DNA of 64,000 nt from Alphaproteobacteria bacterium (GTDB lineage Bacteria; Pseudomonadota; Alphaproteobacteria; SP197). The notes below the pieces were generated by a model that ran no database searches, had not been told where the DNA came from, and was given only the letters and a program-made list of their open reading frames with translations. Where the stretch lies: the NCBI GenBank assembly GCA_965228895.1, contig OZ245842.1, positions 128,001 to 192,000 on the forward strand, read 5' to 3'. Made by a program: the position numbers and the translations under genes. Shown in pieces: positions 51,351 to 61,470 of this stretch (its first letter is position 1; each line of letters opens with the position of its first letter).

Positions 51351-52991
51351 ATGGAAGCCCAAGAGCGGGAAAGCATGGAATTCGATGTGGTGATCGTGGG
51401 CGCCGGTCCGGCCGGACTGGCGGCATCGATCAGGCTGCGTCAACTCGCCGCGGAAAACGACCAGGAGATTTCGGTCTGTGTGATTGAAAAGGGTTCGGAA
51501 GTCGGCGCCCACATTCTGTCCGGCGCGGTGCTCGAACCACGCAGCCTGAACGAGCTGATCCCCGACTGGCAGGAAAAGGGCGCGCCGCTCAACACACCGG
51601 CGGCCGAAGACCGTTTCCTGTTCCTGACCGAAAAGGGTTCGCACCGGTTGCCGACCCCGCCGCAGATGAACAACCACGGCAACTACATCGTCAGCCTGGG
51701 TAACGTCTGCCGTTGGCTGGGTGAACAGGCCGAAGGGCTGGGCGTGGAGATCTTCCCCGGTTTCGCCGCCGCCGAGGTCCTCTATCACGAGGACGGCAGC
51801 GTCAAGGGCGTGGCCACCGGTGATATGGGCATCGGCAAGGACGGCGAGAAGAAAGCGCACTACGAGCCGGGCATCGAGCTTCACGCCAAACAGACCTTCT
51901 TCGCCGAGGGCTGCCGGGGCTCGCTCTCAGGCGCGCTGATGGAGAAGTTCAATCTGCGTGACGGCGTGGATCCGCAGACGTACGGCATCGGCATCAAAGA
52001 GCTGTGGGAGATCGATCCGGCCAAGCACGAGAAGGGCAAGATCACGCACACCATCGGCTGGCCGATGGATAGCAAGACCTATGGCGGTTCCTTTCTTTAT
52101 CACCTCGACGACAATCTGGTGTCGGTCGGCTTCGTCATCGGGCTGGACTATGAAAACCCCTACCTCTCGCCGTTCGAGGAGTTCCAGCGCTTCAAGACCC
52201 ACCCCGACATCCGGCCGATCTTCGAAGGCGGCAAGCGTCTGGCCTATGGCGCCCGTGCGATCAACGAAGGCGGTTTGCAGTCGATCCCCAAGCTGACCTT
52301 CCCCGGCGGCCTGCTGATCGGCTGCTCGGCGGGTTTCGTCAACGTGCCGAAGATCAAGGGCAGCCACACGGCCATGAAGACCGGCATGACGGCAGCCGAG
52401 GCCGTCTTCGAGTGGCTGGCCGCCGGTGCGTCCGGGCGCGAAGTGACGTCCTATCCCGAGCGGCTGAAGAAAACCTGGGTGTGGGATGAGCTCCACCGCG
52501 TCCGCAACATCCGGCCCAGCTTCCACCGCGGTCTGTGGGGCGGTCTGGCCTATTCCGGCGTCGACACGTATCTCTTCCGCGGCAAGGCGCCCTGGACCTT
52601 CCACAACAAGGCCGATCACAGCGCGCTGAAGCCAAAGGCCCAGTTTTCGCCGATCGACTACCCCAAACCCGATGGCGAGGTCAGCTTTGACCGCAACAGC
52701 TCGGTCTTCCTGTCGAACACCAACCACGAAGAAGACCAGCCAGCCCATTTGACGCTGAAAGACGCCTCGGTGCCGATTGCCGTCAATCTGGCGACCTATG
52801 ATGCGCCGGAACAGCGCTATTGCCCGGCCGGGGTCTATGAGATTGTCGAGGGTGATGACGGCAAGCCGCAGCTGCAGATCAACGCGCAGAACTGTGTCCA
52901 CTGCAAAACCTGCGATATCAAAGACCCGACGCAAAATATCGTCTGGGTAACGCCGGAGGGTGGTGGCGGCCCCAACTATCCCAATATGTAA
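51351..52991 (+). CDS. Electron transfer flavoprotein-ubiquinone oxidoreductase
   Basis: [45 protein letters not shown]. Confidence 0.97.
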   Translation: MEAQERESMEFDVVIVGAGPAGLAASIRLRQLAAENDQEISVCVIEKGSEVGAHILSGAVLEPRSLNELIPDWQEKGAPLNTPAAEDRFLFLTEKGSHRLPTPPQMNNHGNYIVSLGNVCRWLGEQAEGLGVEIFPGFAAAEVLYHEDGSVKGVATGDMGIGKDGEKKAHYEPGIELHAKQTFFAEGCRGSLSGALMEKFNLRDGVDPQTYGIGIKELWEIDPAKHEKGKITHTIGWPMDSKTYGGSFLYHLDDNLVSVGFVIGLDYENPYLSPFEEFQRFKTHPDIRPIFEGGKRLAYGARAINEGGLQSIPKLTFPGGLLIGCSAGFVNVPKIKGSHTAMKTGMTAAEAVFEWLAAGASGREVTSYPERLKKTWVWDELHRVRNIRPSFHRGLWGGLAYSGVDTYLFRGKAPWTFHNKADHSALKPKAQFSPIDYPKPDGEVSFDRNSSVFLSNTNHEEDQPAHLTLKDASVPIAVNLATYDAPEQRYCPAGVYEIVEGDDGKPQLQINAQNCVHCKTCDIKDPTQNIVWVTPEGGGGPNYPNM

Positions 52992-53125
52992 CCGGGCTGA
53001 GTGTAACCGGGGTCACTGGCTCTGACGGCCATGTGACCAAGGGGGCTTTGTAACAAACGGCTGATTGGACTAGCATATCAGCCGTTTTTCGCGGCTGGAG
53101 ACTGCCGGTGATTCTAGAATTTTCG

Positions 53126-54895
53126 ATGTGTTCCCGCCTGCTCGGCGGCTTCGGTGTGGCCGTTCTGCTGGCTGCTTGCACCGACGATGCGCCCAGTGGC
53201 GGTGACGCCCTCGTACAGTCTGCGAGCCCGACGACCGTGGCTCAGGCCAACGAGCCGCTGGAGCTGATCTCCGCCGAAAGCGACAACGAGGAGATTCAGC
53301 CCAGCGCGTCCGGCAGCTATCTCTCCGCCCTTGTTGCCGCCAACAACCGCGACATGGGCTCGGCCGCCGATTTTTTCCTGATGACGCTGGATACCGATCC
53401 GGACAATCCGGAGCTTCTGCGCCAGGCCCATCTTGCCTTGGTGATGGACGGCCGGGTTGGCGAAGCGGTGCCGATCGCCCGTCGACTGGAGGCCATCGCG
53501 CCCGGCGACCCGATTTCCAACATGACTCTGTTCGTCGCAGCCATGAACGACGGCAATCTGGATCTGGCGTCGGATCATCTCGGTGATCTGCCGTTACAAA
53601 GTTACAACACACTCGTCGTGCCGCTGGTCGAGGCCTGGATCGAGGTTGGCCGCGGCAACACGGAAGCCGCTCTGGCGGCCATCGCCGCCGGACTGAGCGA
53701 TGACGGTTTCGAAAGCTTTCGCGCGTACCACATCGCGTTGATCGAAGACCTTGCCGGCAATGCGGAGGCCGCCGACCGCGCCTATGCCCTGGCGCTGCAG
53801 TCCCAGGAGGGCGGTTCCTATCGCGTGGTTCGTGCCTACGGCAACTTCCTGCGCCGCGAAGGCAGGGTCGAGGAGGCCAAGGCCGTCTATGACAACTTCT
53901 TGGCGGTCAACCCCGGCACCGTCTGGCTGGATGACGTGCTGGCGGAGGTCGAGGCTGGAACCGTGCCCGAGCGCGAGGTCAACTCACCGATCAAAGGCCT
54001 CTCTGAGATTCTCTTCGGCGTCGCCAGCGTCGCGGATGCCGGCAGCGGTGGCGGGACCTCGCTAATTTATGCACGGTTAGCTTCCTACGTCGATCCCGAC
54101 AGCGCGATCATCCACCTTCTGATCGGCGACCTTCTGGAGATCGATGATCGCCCGCTCGAGGCGGTGGAGGCCTATGAAAAGATCCCGACCAGCTCGCCGT
54201 TGTATTGGTCGGCCCGTCTACGCACCGCCGTCAATCTTGACCGTGCCGGTGAGACGGGCAGGGCGATCGATATGCTCGCGGTCATGGTCGATGAGCAGCC
54301 CGACCGGTCCGACACGCTTGTTACCATGGGTGATCTCCTGCGCGTTCAAGAACGTTGGGAGGAGGCGGTTGCCGCCTATGATCAGGCGGTTGAGAGGCTC
54401 GGCGGCGTGGCCATGGCGAACTGGCGACTGCTCTACGTGCGCGGTATTGCGCTGGAGCGCTCCGGCGATTGGCCGCGTGCTGAGGAAAACTTCCTGGCCG
54501 CGTTGGAGGTCAACCCCGAGAGCCCCTATGTGCTGAACTATCTGGGCTACACCTGGGTCGACCAGGGCGTCCATTTGGACGAAGCGCTTCAGATGATCGA
54601 AACCGCCGTCGAACAGCGGCCTCAGGACGGTTACATCGTCGACAGCCTGGGCTGGGCGCTTTACCGGCTCGACGACTTCGAGGGTGCGGTGCGCTATCTG
54701 GAACGCGCCGTTGAGCTGGAGCCCGGCGATCCCGTGATCAACGACCACCTGGGCGATGCCTATTGGAAGGTCGGCCGGTACAACGAGGCGACGTTCCAGT
54801 GGAAACGCGCAATGTCCCTGGCCGATGAGGGCGATGCCGACCTGATCGCGGTGATCGAGGACAAACTGGACGACGGTCTGGATGCCGGAGGCTGA
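53126..54895 (+). CDS. TPR-repeat lipoprotein
   Basis: Lipobox LAAC; TPRs including VLNYLGY, YIVDSLGW, HLGDAYW; usual position upstream of ispE. Confidence 0.9.
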   Translation: MCSRLLGGFGVAVLLAACTDDAPSGGDALVQSASPTTVAQANEPLELISAESDNEEIQPSASGSYLSALVAANNRDMGSAADFFLMTLDTDPDNPELLRQAHLALVMDGRVGEAVPIARRLEAIAPGDPISNMTLFVAAMNDGNLDLASDHLGDLPLQSYNTLVVPLVEAWIEVGRGNTEAALAAIAAGLSDDGFESFRAYHIALIEDLAGNAEAADRAYALALQSQEGGSYRVVRAYGNFLRREGRVEEAKAVYDNFLAVNPGTVWLDDVLAEVEAGTVPEREVNSPIKGLSEILFGVASVADAGSGGGTSLIYARLASYVDPDSAIIHLLIGDLLEIDDRPLEAVEAYEKIPTSSPLYWSARLRTAVNLDRAGETGRAIDMLAVMVDEQPDRSDTLVTMGDLLRVQERWEEAVAAYDQAVERLGGVAMANWRLLYVRGIALERSGDWPRAEENFLAALEVNPESPYVLNYLGYTWVDQGVHLDEALQMIETAVEQRPQDGYIVDSLGWALYRLDDFEGAVRYLERAVELEPGDPVINDHLGDAYWKVGRYNEATFQWKRAMSLADEGDADLIAVIEDKLDDGLDAGG

Positions 54896-55811
54896 CGGCG
54901 AACGATCTCCGATTGCGATCACCGCCCCGGCCAAGGTTAACCTCTACCTCCACGTTACGGACCGTCGCGCCGACGGCTTGCACGAGCTCGACAGTCTGTT
55001 CGTGCGTGTCGACGCCTGCGACCAGATCACGGGCGAGGCGGCCGAAACGCTGACGCTCGAAGTTCGCGGGCCGTTTGCCGAGGCCCTGACGGCCCAAAAT
55101 GCTGACGACAATCTGGTCCTGAAGGCCGCGCGCCTGCTGGCCCAAGAGGCCGACGTCACCGCCGGCGCCGCGCTGGTTCTGGAAAAGCATCTCCCCGTCG
55201 CGGCCGGAATCGGCGGCGGTTCGGCCGACGCCGCTGCGACGCTGCGCCTCCTCGTTGACTTATGGTCGCTTGATTTTGGGCCGGCCCGTTTGGCGGCGAT
55301 CGCCGCGCGCCTGGGTGCGGATGTGCCGCCATGCCTGCACCACGTGCCGCTGGCGGTTTCCGGCACCGGCGATATCGTTGAACCTTCGCCGCGCCTGCCC
55401 GCCGCCTGGTTGGTGCTGGTCAATCCGGGCGTTGACGTGCTGACGGCGCGCGTCTTTGCTGCGCGATCCGGCGGTTTCAGCGGCGCCCAACCGTTGACGC
55501 GAGAGCCACGCAATGTCGCGGACCTCGCCCATGAACTCGGCCTTCGGCGCAACGACCTGGAAACCCCAGCGATCGCATTGGCGCCGGTGATTGCCGACGT
55601 GTTGGGCGAACTGCGCCAACTCGCCGGCATCCTGCTGGCCCGGATGTCCGGCAGCGGCGCGACCTGTTTCGGCCTCGCGGCCTCTGCTGCCGACGCTGAG
55701 AGGAGCGCGGCCGCCCTGGCCAAGGCGCATCCGGACTGGTGGGTTTGCGCCGCCGCCGTGTTGCAAGACGGTGATGCTAATCCGCTTCCCATCAGGCGCG
55801 GGAATCGTTAG
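54882..55811 (+). CDS. ispE: 4-diphosphocytidyl-2-C-methyl-D-erythritol kinase
   Basis: APAKVNL, PVAAGIGGGSADAA, LGADVP, MSGSGATCF. Confidence 0.97.
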   Translation: MPEADGERSPIAITAPAKVNLYLHVTDRRADGLHELDSLFVRVDACDQITGEAAETLTLEVRGPFAEALTAQNADDNLVLKAARLLAQEADVTAGAALVLEKHLPVAAGIGGGSADAAATLRLLVDLWSLDFGPARLAAIAARLGADVPPCLHHVPLAVSGTGDIVEPSPRLPAAWLVLVNPGVDVLTARVFAARSGGFSGAQPLTREPRNVADLAHELGLRRNDLETPAIALAPVIADVLGELRQLAGILLARMSGSGATCFGLAASAADAERSAAALAKAHPDWWVCAAAVLQDGDANPLPIRRGNR

Positions 55812-55819
55812 GTAGCGCC

Positions 55820-57163
55820 ATGTCTAAAGAGTTTGATGTCGCGGCCTGGCAGGACCGCCTGGCGCGTCGCGAGGCGAGGATTGGCGTTATCGGCCTGGGC
55901 TATGTCGGGCTGCCGCTCGTTCTGGCCTTCCACGACGCCGGTTTCCCGGTTCTCGGCTTCGATACCGATGAGGCGAAGGTCCGCCAGCTCGACGAGGGCC
56001 AGAGCTACATTCGCCATATCGCCGGTGACGCTATCGCCGGATTGGCGGGTTCGGACCGTTTTCACGGCACCACCGACGTCGCAGAGCTTGCCGATACCGA
56101 CGCGATCCTGATCTGTGTCCCCACGCCGCTGACCCGCTACCGCGACCCCGACCTCTCCTATGTCGAGGGCACGGCGCGCGCCATCGCGCCGCATGTGCGC
56201 GCCGGCCAGATCGTCATCTTGGAGTCGACGACCTATCCGGGCACGACCGACGAGGTCCTGAAGCCGATCCTGGAAGCTGGCGGCCTGACCGCCGGGCGCG
56301 ATTTCCTGATCGCTTATTCGCCGGAGCGCGAAGATCCCGGCAACCCGACCTATGGCACGACCGAGATCCCGAAGGTTGTCGGCGGCGACGATGCGGCGGC
56401 GACAGCGATTGCCTGCAGTCTCTACGACACCATCACCAGCGGTGGCACGGTGGCGGTGGGTTCGGCGGCGACGGCGGAGGCGGTCAAGCTCACCGAAAAC
56501 ATCTTTCGCGCGGTCAATATCGCGCTCGTGAACGAGTTGAAGGTCGTTTACGACAAGATGGGCATCGACATCTGGGAAGTCATCGACGCCGCCAAGACCA
56601 AACCCTTCGGCTTCATGCCGTTCTATCCGGGTCCGGGCCTGGGCGGTCACTGCATCCCGATCGATCCCTTCTACCTGACCTGGAAGGCCAGGGAGTTCGA
56701 GACACCGACCCGCTTTGTCGAGCTGGCGGGCGAGATCAACAGCGCCATGCCGGCCCACGTGGTCTCCCGCCTGGCCGAAGCGCTGAACGACCGCTTCGGC
56801 AAGGGGCTCAACGGTAGCCGCGTCCTGATGATGGGCATGGCGTACAAGAAAGACGTCGACGACATCCGCGAAAGCCCGTCGCTCAAGCTGATGGCGCTGC
56901 TGGAAGAGCGTGGCGCGGATGTGAGCTTCTACGATCCCTTCATCCCGGTTATCTCGACGGGACGCGAGCACGCCGCGTTGTCCGGCCGCAAGAGCGTCAC
57001 CTGGCAGGATGTCCTGGCCGGCGGCCACGATGCCGCGTTCATCGTGACCGACCACAGCGACGTCGATTATCAGGCGCTCGTCTCCGCGAGCCCCCTGGTC
57101 GTCGACACGCGCAACGCGACGCGCGAGGTCGCGGAACACCGCGATCGCATCGTGCGCGCCTGA
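55820..57163 (+). CDS. Nucleotide-sugar dehydrogenase (UDP-GlcNAc/ManNAc 6-dehydrogenase, WbpA/WecC-like)
   Basis: GLGYVG, ICVPTP, ESTTYPG, KLTEN, GGHC, AYK...RESP. Confidence 0.94.
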   Translation: MSKEFDVAAWQDRLARREARIGVIGLGYVGLPLVLAFHDAGFPVLGFDTDEAKVRQLDEGQSYIRHIAGDAIAGLAGSDRFHGTTDVAELADTDAILICVPTPLTRYRDPDLSYVEGTARAIAPHVRAGQIVILESTTYPGTTDEVLKPILEAGGLTAGRDFLIAYSPEREDPGNPTYGTTEIPKVVGGDDAAATAIACSLYDTITSGGTVAVGSAATAEAVKLTENIFRAVNIALVNELKVVYDKMGIDIWEVIDAAKTKPFGFMPFYPGPGLGGHCIPIDPFYLTWKAREFETPTRFVELAGEINSAMPAHVVSRLAEALNDRFGKGLNGSRVLMMGMAYKKDVDDIRESPSLKLMALLEERGADVSFYDPFIPVISTGREHAALSGRKSVTWQDVLAGGHDAAFIVTDHSDVDYQALVSASPLVVDTRNATREVAEHRDRIVRA

Positions 57164-57250
57164 TGTGTGTCACCCGACCTAACCTAGACCGACTTGCACG
57201 GTCTGACTTGCGCACGGGCGCGCTTTCTGGTTTGAAAGCGCCGTCTCTGC

Positions 57251-57324
57251 TGGGGCGTAGCCAAGCGGTAAGGCAACGGGTTTTGATCCCGTGATCCCTG
57301 GTTCGAATCCAGGCGCCCCAGCCA
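57251..57324 (+). tRNA. tRNA-Gln (anticodon TTG)
   Basis: Acceptor TGGGGCG/CGCCCCA, D-arm GCC-AAGCGGTAA-GGC, anticodon arm ACGGG-TTTTGAT-CCCGT, T-loop GGTTCGAATCC, encoded CCA. Confidence 0.97.
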
Positions 57325-57515
57325 ACCTTGTCACTGTCGATAAGCCTAGCAATTTCCGAAGGTTATTGAACTTCGGGTGATATTCTGATCTTTAGATCGT
57401 TGTCGAGCGATGGGCAGGCAGGCGTCGCCTAGGGGCACCCCATCTCAAATCGAGACGTGCGCCGGCGTTTGCGTTCCCTTGATGTCACGTTAGGGAAATA
57501 CTGAGGCCGCACGCC

Positions 57516-58760
57516 ATGGCGCTTCGCAAATCGCTTTTGTGCACGAACTTCTTCGCTGCCGATGCCAGCGGCGGCTTGGGCCCGTATCTCGGCATCTATC
57601 TGCTTTCGGTGCTCGGCTGGCATGCCGGTTCGATCGGCATCGCTCTGGCGCTGGGCACGATCGTCCAAGTCATCGTGCAGACACCTGCCGGCGCGCTGAT
57701 CGATCGGGTTCATTGGAAACGCCTGCTGTTGGGGTTGTGCGGCGGTGCCATTGGCGTCGCGACGGTCGCTGTTCCGATCATCGGCACGGAAGCCGTGGTC
57801 TATGCCTCGCAGATCGTGGTCGGCATTGCAGCGGCGTTTATCGGACCCTGCATCGCGGCCATGACGCTGGGCCTGGTGGGCCCCGACAACTTCACCCGCC
57901 AGGCCAGCGCCAACGCCATGGCCAACCACACCGGCAACGTCGTCTCGGCGACCCTGGCCGCCGCCATCGCGCTTTATATCGCCGACTATCTTGGCGAAGG
58001 TCTCGACAAGGCCGGCGTGTTCTATCTCGTCGGCATCATGGCGGTCGGCATGATCATCTCGATCGCCTCCATCCCGGGCCGGGAGATTGATCATGACGTC
58101 GCACGCGGCGGCATAGCCGACGAAGGGGCCGGCGAAAAGAAACCGTCGGGTTTCAAGACACTGCTCGAGGACCGCAGTCTCTTGATCTTCGCGCTCTGCA
58201 TCGTGCTCTTCCATTTCGCCAACGCGGCCATGCTGCCGCTGGTCAGTCAGAAGCTGGCTGAAGGCAGCGATGCCGAGCACGGCATAGCGTTTGCCTCCGC
58301 CTGTATCATCGCGGCCCAATTCGTCATGGGCATCATGGCGTGGCTGTGTGGCAGAACGGCGGACACCTGGGGCCGAAAGCCGCTTTTCATCATCGCCTTT
58401 GCGGTCATGCCGATCCGCGGACTGTTGTTCAGCATGGGCGATGATCCTGTCTTTCTGGTCGCCGTGCAGGCGCTGGATGGTGTCGCAAACGGCGTCTTCG
58501 GCGTCATGTTCTTGCTAATCGTCGCCGATCTGACACGCGGCACCGGCCGCTTCAACGTCGCGCAGGGCGCCTTGACCACGCTGGTTGGTATCGGTGCATC
58601 ACTCAGCAACCTGATCGCCGAGGAACTTGTCGAGTTGTTCAGCTACAACGTCAGTTTCCTGTTCCTCGCCTGTGTCGCGATCATCGGCCTCGTCATCTTC
58701 GTCTTCTTCATGCCGGAGACGGCGCCGCACAAACAAAAGGATGCGGTCGCTAGTCCATGA
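57516..58760 (+). CDS. MFS transporter
   Basis: NFF.AD..GLGPYL, GALID, FHFANAAMLPL, DTWGRKP, TGRFN. Confidence 0.92.
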   Translation: MALRKSLLCTNFFAADASGGLGPYLGIYLLSVLGWHAGSIGIALALGTIVQVIVQTPAGALIDRVHWKRLLLGLCGGAIGVATVAVPIIGTEAVVYASQIVVGIAAAFIGPCIAAMTLGLVGPDNFTRQASANAMANHTGNVVSATLAAAIALYIADYLGEGLDKAGVFYLVGIMAVGMIISIASIPGREIDHDVARGGIADEGAGEKKPSGFKTLLEDRSLLIFALCIVLFHFANAAMLPLVSQKLAEGSDAEHGIAFASACIIAAQFVMGIMAWLCGRTADTWGRKPLFIIAFAVMPIRGLLFSMGDDPVFLVAVQALDGVANGVFGVMFLLIVADLTRGTGRFNVAQGALTTLVGIGASLSNLIAEELVELFSYNVSFLFLACVAIIGLVIFVFFMPETAPHKQKDAVASP

Positions 58761-58814
58761 TCCGCTTATGCGGAATCGGCACCGGCCCGGTGATGCCACT
58801 AAACCGGGAATGCG

Positions 58815-60056
58815 CTAGTCCATGAGCCAGACGATCCAGCCATAGGCGATGATCATCGAAACGACGGTGACCGGCAGATTGATTAATGTGAACTGCCAGA
58901 AGGTGAAGGGTTTCTGGCCGAACTTCTCGGTCTGCTGAACAACGATGACATTGCTCGCTGCGCTGATGATGAAAAGGTTGCCGGCTAGCGTACTCATGGC
59001 CGCTAGCAGGATCAGCTCCGGCGTCTCCGGTTCATGCAGCAGACCCAGATAGATCTCGACCGTCGGTACGTTGGAGAAGAGCTGGCTGGCGCCGAAACCG
59101 ACGGCCGTGATGACGTTGGGATCGTCCAGGTGTTCCATCAGCGGGCCCAGCGTGTTCTCGACATCGCCGGAGGCCAGCACCGAACCGGTGACCACGAACA
59201 TGGCAACAAAGAAGATCAGCGTCGCCCAATCGACCTCGGTGAAGAGCTTCAGGCGGTGGTTGCTGAACAGATAGATCGGCAGGCACGCGATCAGGCCGAG
59301 CCAGCCGAGCTCGATCGCCATGTCGGGCACAACCTCGCGCATCACCGCGTCGGCACCGATCAGGACGACCAGGAGAGCCGCCGAAGCATAGGCCGGCCAC
59401 GTCTGATGGGTTGTTGCAGGTTCCGGCGCTTGCCAGCCCGAGGTGTCGATTTCCGGCTCGCGGGAAAGACACAGCGCCAGCCAGGCAAACGCAAAGACCA
59501 TGGCGACGACGGTCGGCACGATCAGCCAGGTGACGAAGGCGACGAACGGGTTTGTGAAGCCGGGCTCGGCCGCGATCAGGATGTTCTGGGGATTGCCGAT
59601 CGGCGTCAGCATGCTGCCGATAGTGACGGCCGCGCACAGTGCGATCAGGAAGACCGTCGGACGGACGCGAAACGCCTGGGCCAGGGTCAGCGCCACCGCC
59701 GTCCCGATGACGGCGGCAGCGTCGTTGGTATAGATCGCCGCACCCAGCCCGGTCAGCACCATAAAGCCGGCCAAGGCCGCCGGTTTGCCGTGGCGGTGCG
59801 CGGCGAGCCAAGCGCTCAGTCGGTGCGGCGCACCGCCGTGATAGAGCGCGATGCCGATCGAAAACACGCCGAACAGATAGGCGATGATGTTCCAGTCGAT
59901 ATAGCCGAAGGCGCCGACCGGGCTGACCTGGCCCGTCGCCACGATGACGACGGCGCCGGCCAGCATGACGTGCCAGATCCTGAGCCAGGAAGGCAGCCAC
60001 TGACGAACGGCAATGATCGTGAAGATCAGTATCGCGACAAGGGTACTGACCGACAT
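58815..60056 (-). CDS. IT-superfamily anion permease (ArsB/NhaD/SLC13-like)
   Basis: IYTND, GSMLTPIGNPQNILIA, VDWATL, SQLFSNVP, STLAGN, AASN. Confidence 0.9.
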   Translation of the reverse strand: MSVSTLVAILIFTIIAVRQWLPSWLRIWHVMLAGAVVIVATGQVSPVGAFGYIDWNIIAYLFGVFSIGIALYHGGAPHRLSAWLAAHRHGKPAALAGFMVLTGLGAAIYTNDAAAVIGTAVALTLAQAFRVRPTVFLIALCAAVTIGSMLTPIGNPQNILIAAEPGFTNPFVAFVTWLIVPTVVAMVFAFAWLALCLSREPEIDTSGWQAPEPATTHQTWPAYASAALLVVLIGADAVMREVVPDMAIELGWLGLIACLPIYLFSNHRLKLFTEVDWATLIFFVAMFVVTGSVLASGDVENTLGPLMEHLDDPNVITAVGFGASQLFSNVPTVEIYLGLLHEPETPELILLAAMSTLAGNLFIISAASNVIVVQQTEKFGQKPFTFWQFTLINLPVTVVSMIIAYGWIVWLMD

Positions 60057-60202
60057 AAACGGCAATCTCGCAACACGCTAAGACGATGCGGGCGCGCCCC
60101 AACCCACGAGGCTGCTATATCACATAATGATGCTGGAAGCGCGTCGCGATGGACCCAGAGGCAGCAAGACGGTGTCGAGGAGGTCCGGTCCAACGCGACC
60201 GA

Positions 60203-60982
60203 TCATCTCTTCAGCGTGTCATCGTAGCCAAAGAGCGTAAAGTCTTTCTGATAGAGGCTGCGGACGATGTCCTCACACTCGTTGTTATAGTAATTCAGTA
60301 AATAATTTTGTGCATTTGATTTATGTTGTCGAACCTCTTGTTGAAATTCATATCTCTGTCCGGGAAACACCGCAGCCGATACCTGGGCCAAATCGTTCTC
60401 TAAGGTTTCCGTCTTTCCAACAAAGTCCAGGTTATTGAAACCAATCAGACGCGCGTATCTCTCCTGGGGGATCCAGTGGGGATCATCATGTAGTCCACCA
60501 TTCTTCAGGTATCGACAGAATGTATCGAAGCTTATCTCGGCTCCGTCACGCAAGCCGAGACACTCCCGGACAAGGTTCTTGAACTCTGGAGGTCGAGGTT
60601 TGCCGTCGAATACGATCTTGTCCAAGTATGCCGATAGAACCCGGCCGAACGGCTCACGTACGACGATGAACTTGAAGTAGTCGGCCTTGGCCCTTCTCGC
60701 CTCCTTGAATGTCAGCTCGCGAGGGTCATGAAAACTCTGCTTGGCGTGACCACCGCTATCAGGCAGGCGTCCGTGAATCATCCAATAGAGCGTGTAGGCG
60801 ACCGTTGTGTTCGCAGCCTTCGGGATGCGGACATAGATGAATTGGTGCTCGTGATTGATCGCGACTCTGGAATCAATATGTCGAAGATGAAAACTCCAAC
60901 TCTCTGGCGCGGAGATGTAAAATGGCCGCAGGCACCACATGGCCGAACGCACTGAGGATTTTGCCCGTCGCCACGCCCTCAT
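60203..60982 (-). CDS. Sulfotransferase family 2 protein (carbohydrate-sulfotransferase-like)
   Basis: 5'-PSB RIPKAANTT, 3'-PB VREPFGRVLSAY, HWIPQ, DFVGKTE, LYQKDFTLFGY; ATG 60982 follows GGAG. Confidence 0.88.
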   Translation of the reverse strand: MRAWRRAKSSVRSAMWCLRPFYISAPESWSFHLRHIDSRVAINHEHQFIYVRIPKAANTTVAYTLYWMIHGRLPDSGGHAKQSFHDPRELTFKEARRAKADYFKFIVVREPFGRVLSAYLDKIVFDGKPRPPEFKNLVRECLGLRDGAEISFDTFCRYLKNGGLHDDPHWIPQERYARLIGFNNLDFVGKTETLENDLAQVSAAVFPGQRYEFQQEVRQHKSNAQNYLLNYYNNECEDIVRSLYQKDFTLFGYDDTLKR

Positions 60983-61470
60983 ACAGTTATCTCCGTTGCT
61001 TGATTGTGTTGCTGTTGTCGATGGCGGGTGACGTCCCAAATGGAATAGTCTCGATCGTAAACCAGGACAACTTGAACCCACAAACAGCAACACAGAACTT
61101 TGCGTGATCAAGAGCAAGTCAGGCCAGTAGAAGAATCCGTCATTTTTTATTGCTTTGGCCGATTGGAATGGTGGATTGCGGTGGGTGCGCGGTTCATCGA
61201 GACGGCGCTCTCGGGCGTTCACGGACGATATTCAAGCGCTGCGTGAGACCGGTTCGATACAATCGATGATGGTGCCGACTGCGTTAATCCGGGAGTGCGC
61301 GGTCACGGTGATGAACGCCTTGCGGTATTTTTGGATGCAAACCGTCGCTTCCTGACCCGTGGCCTTGTCCTATCACAGTCTCTAGTGTTGAGGTGTCACG
61401 AGATAGACGGACGTCACCCGGACAGGTTAGGAATCCCCGGATAAAGGCTCGCGTCGAAGGAGACAGCTTG

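Noticed and set aside
52987-53011. TGTAACCGGG direct repeat (and TGTAACG twice near 15213-15232)
   Set aside because: Short, each overlaps a stop codon, spacings differ; cannot be distinguished from chance
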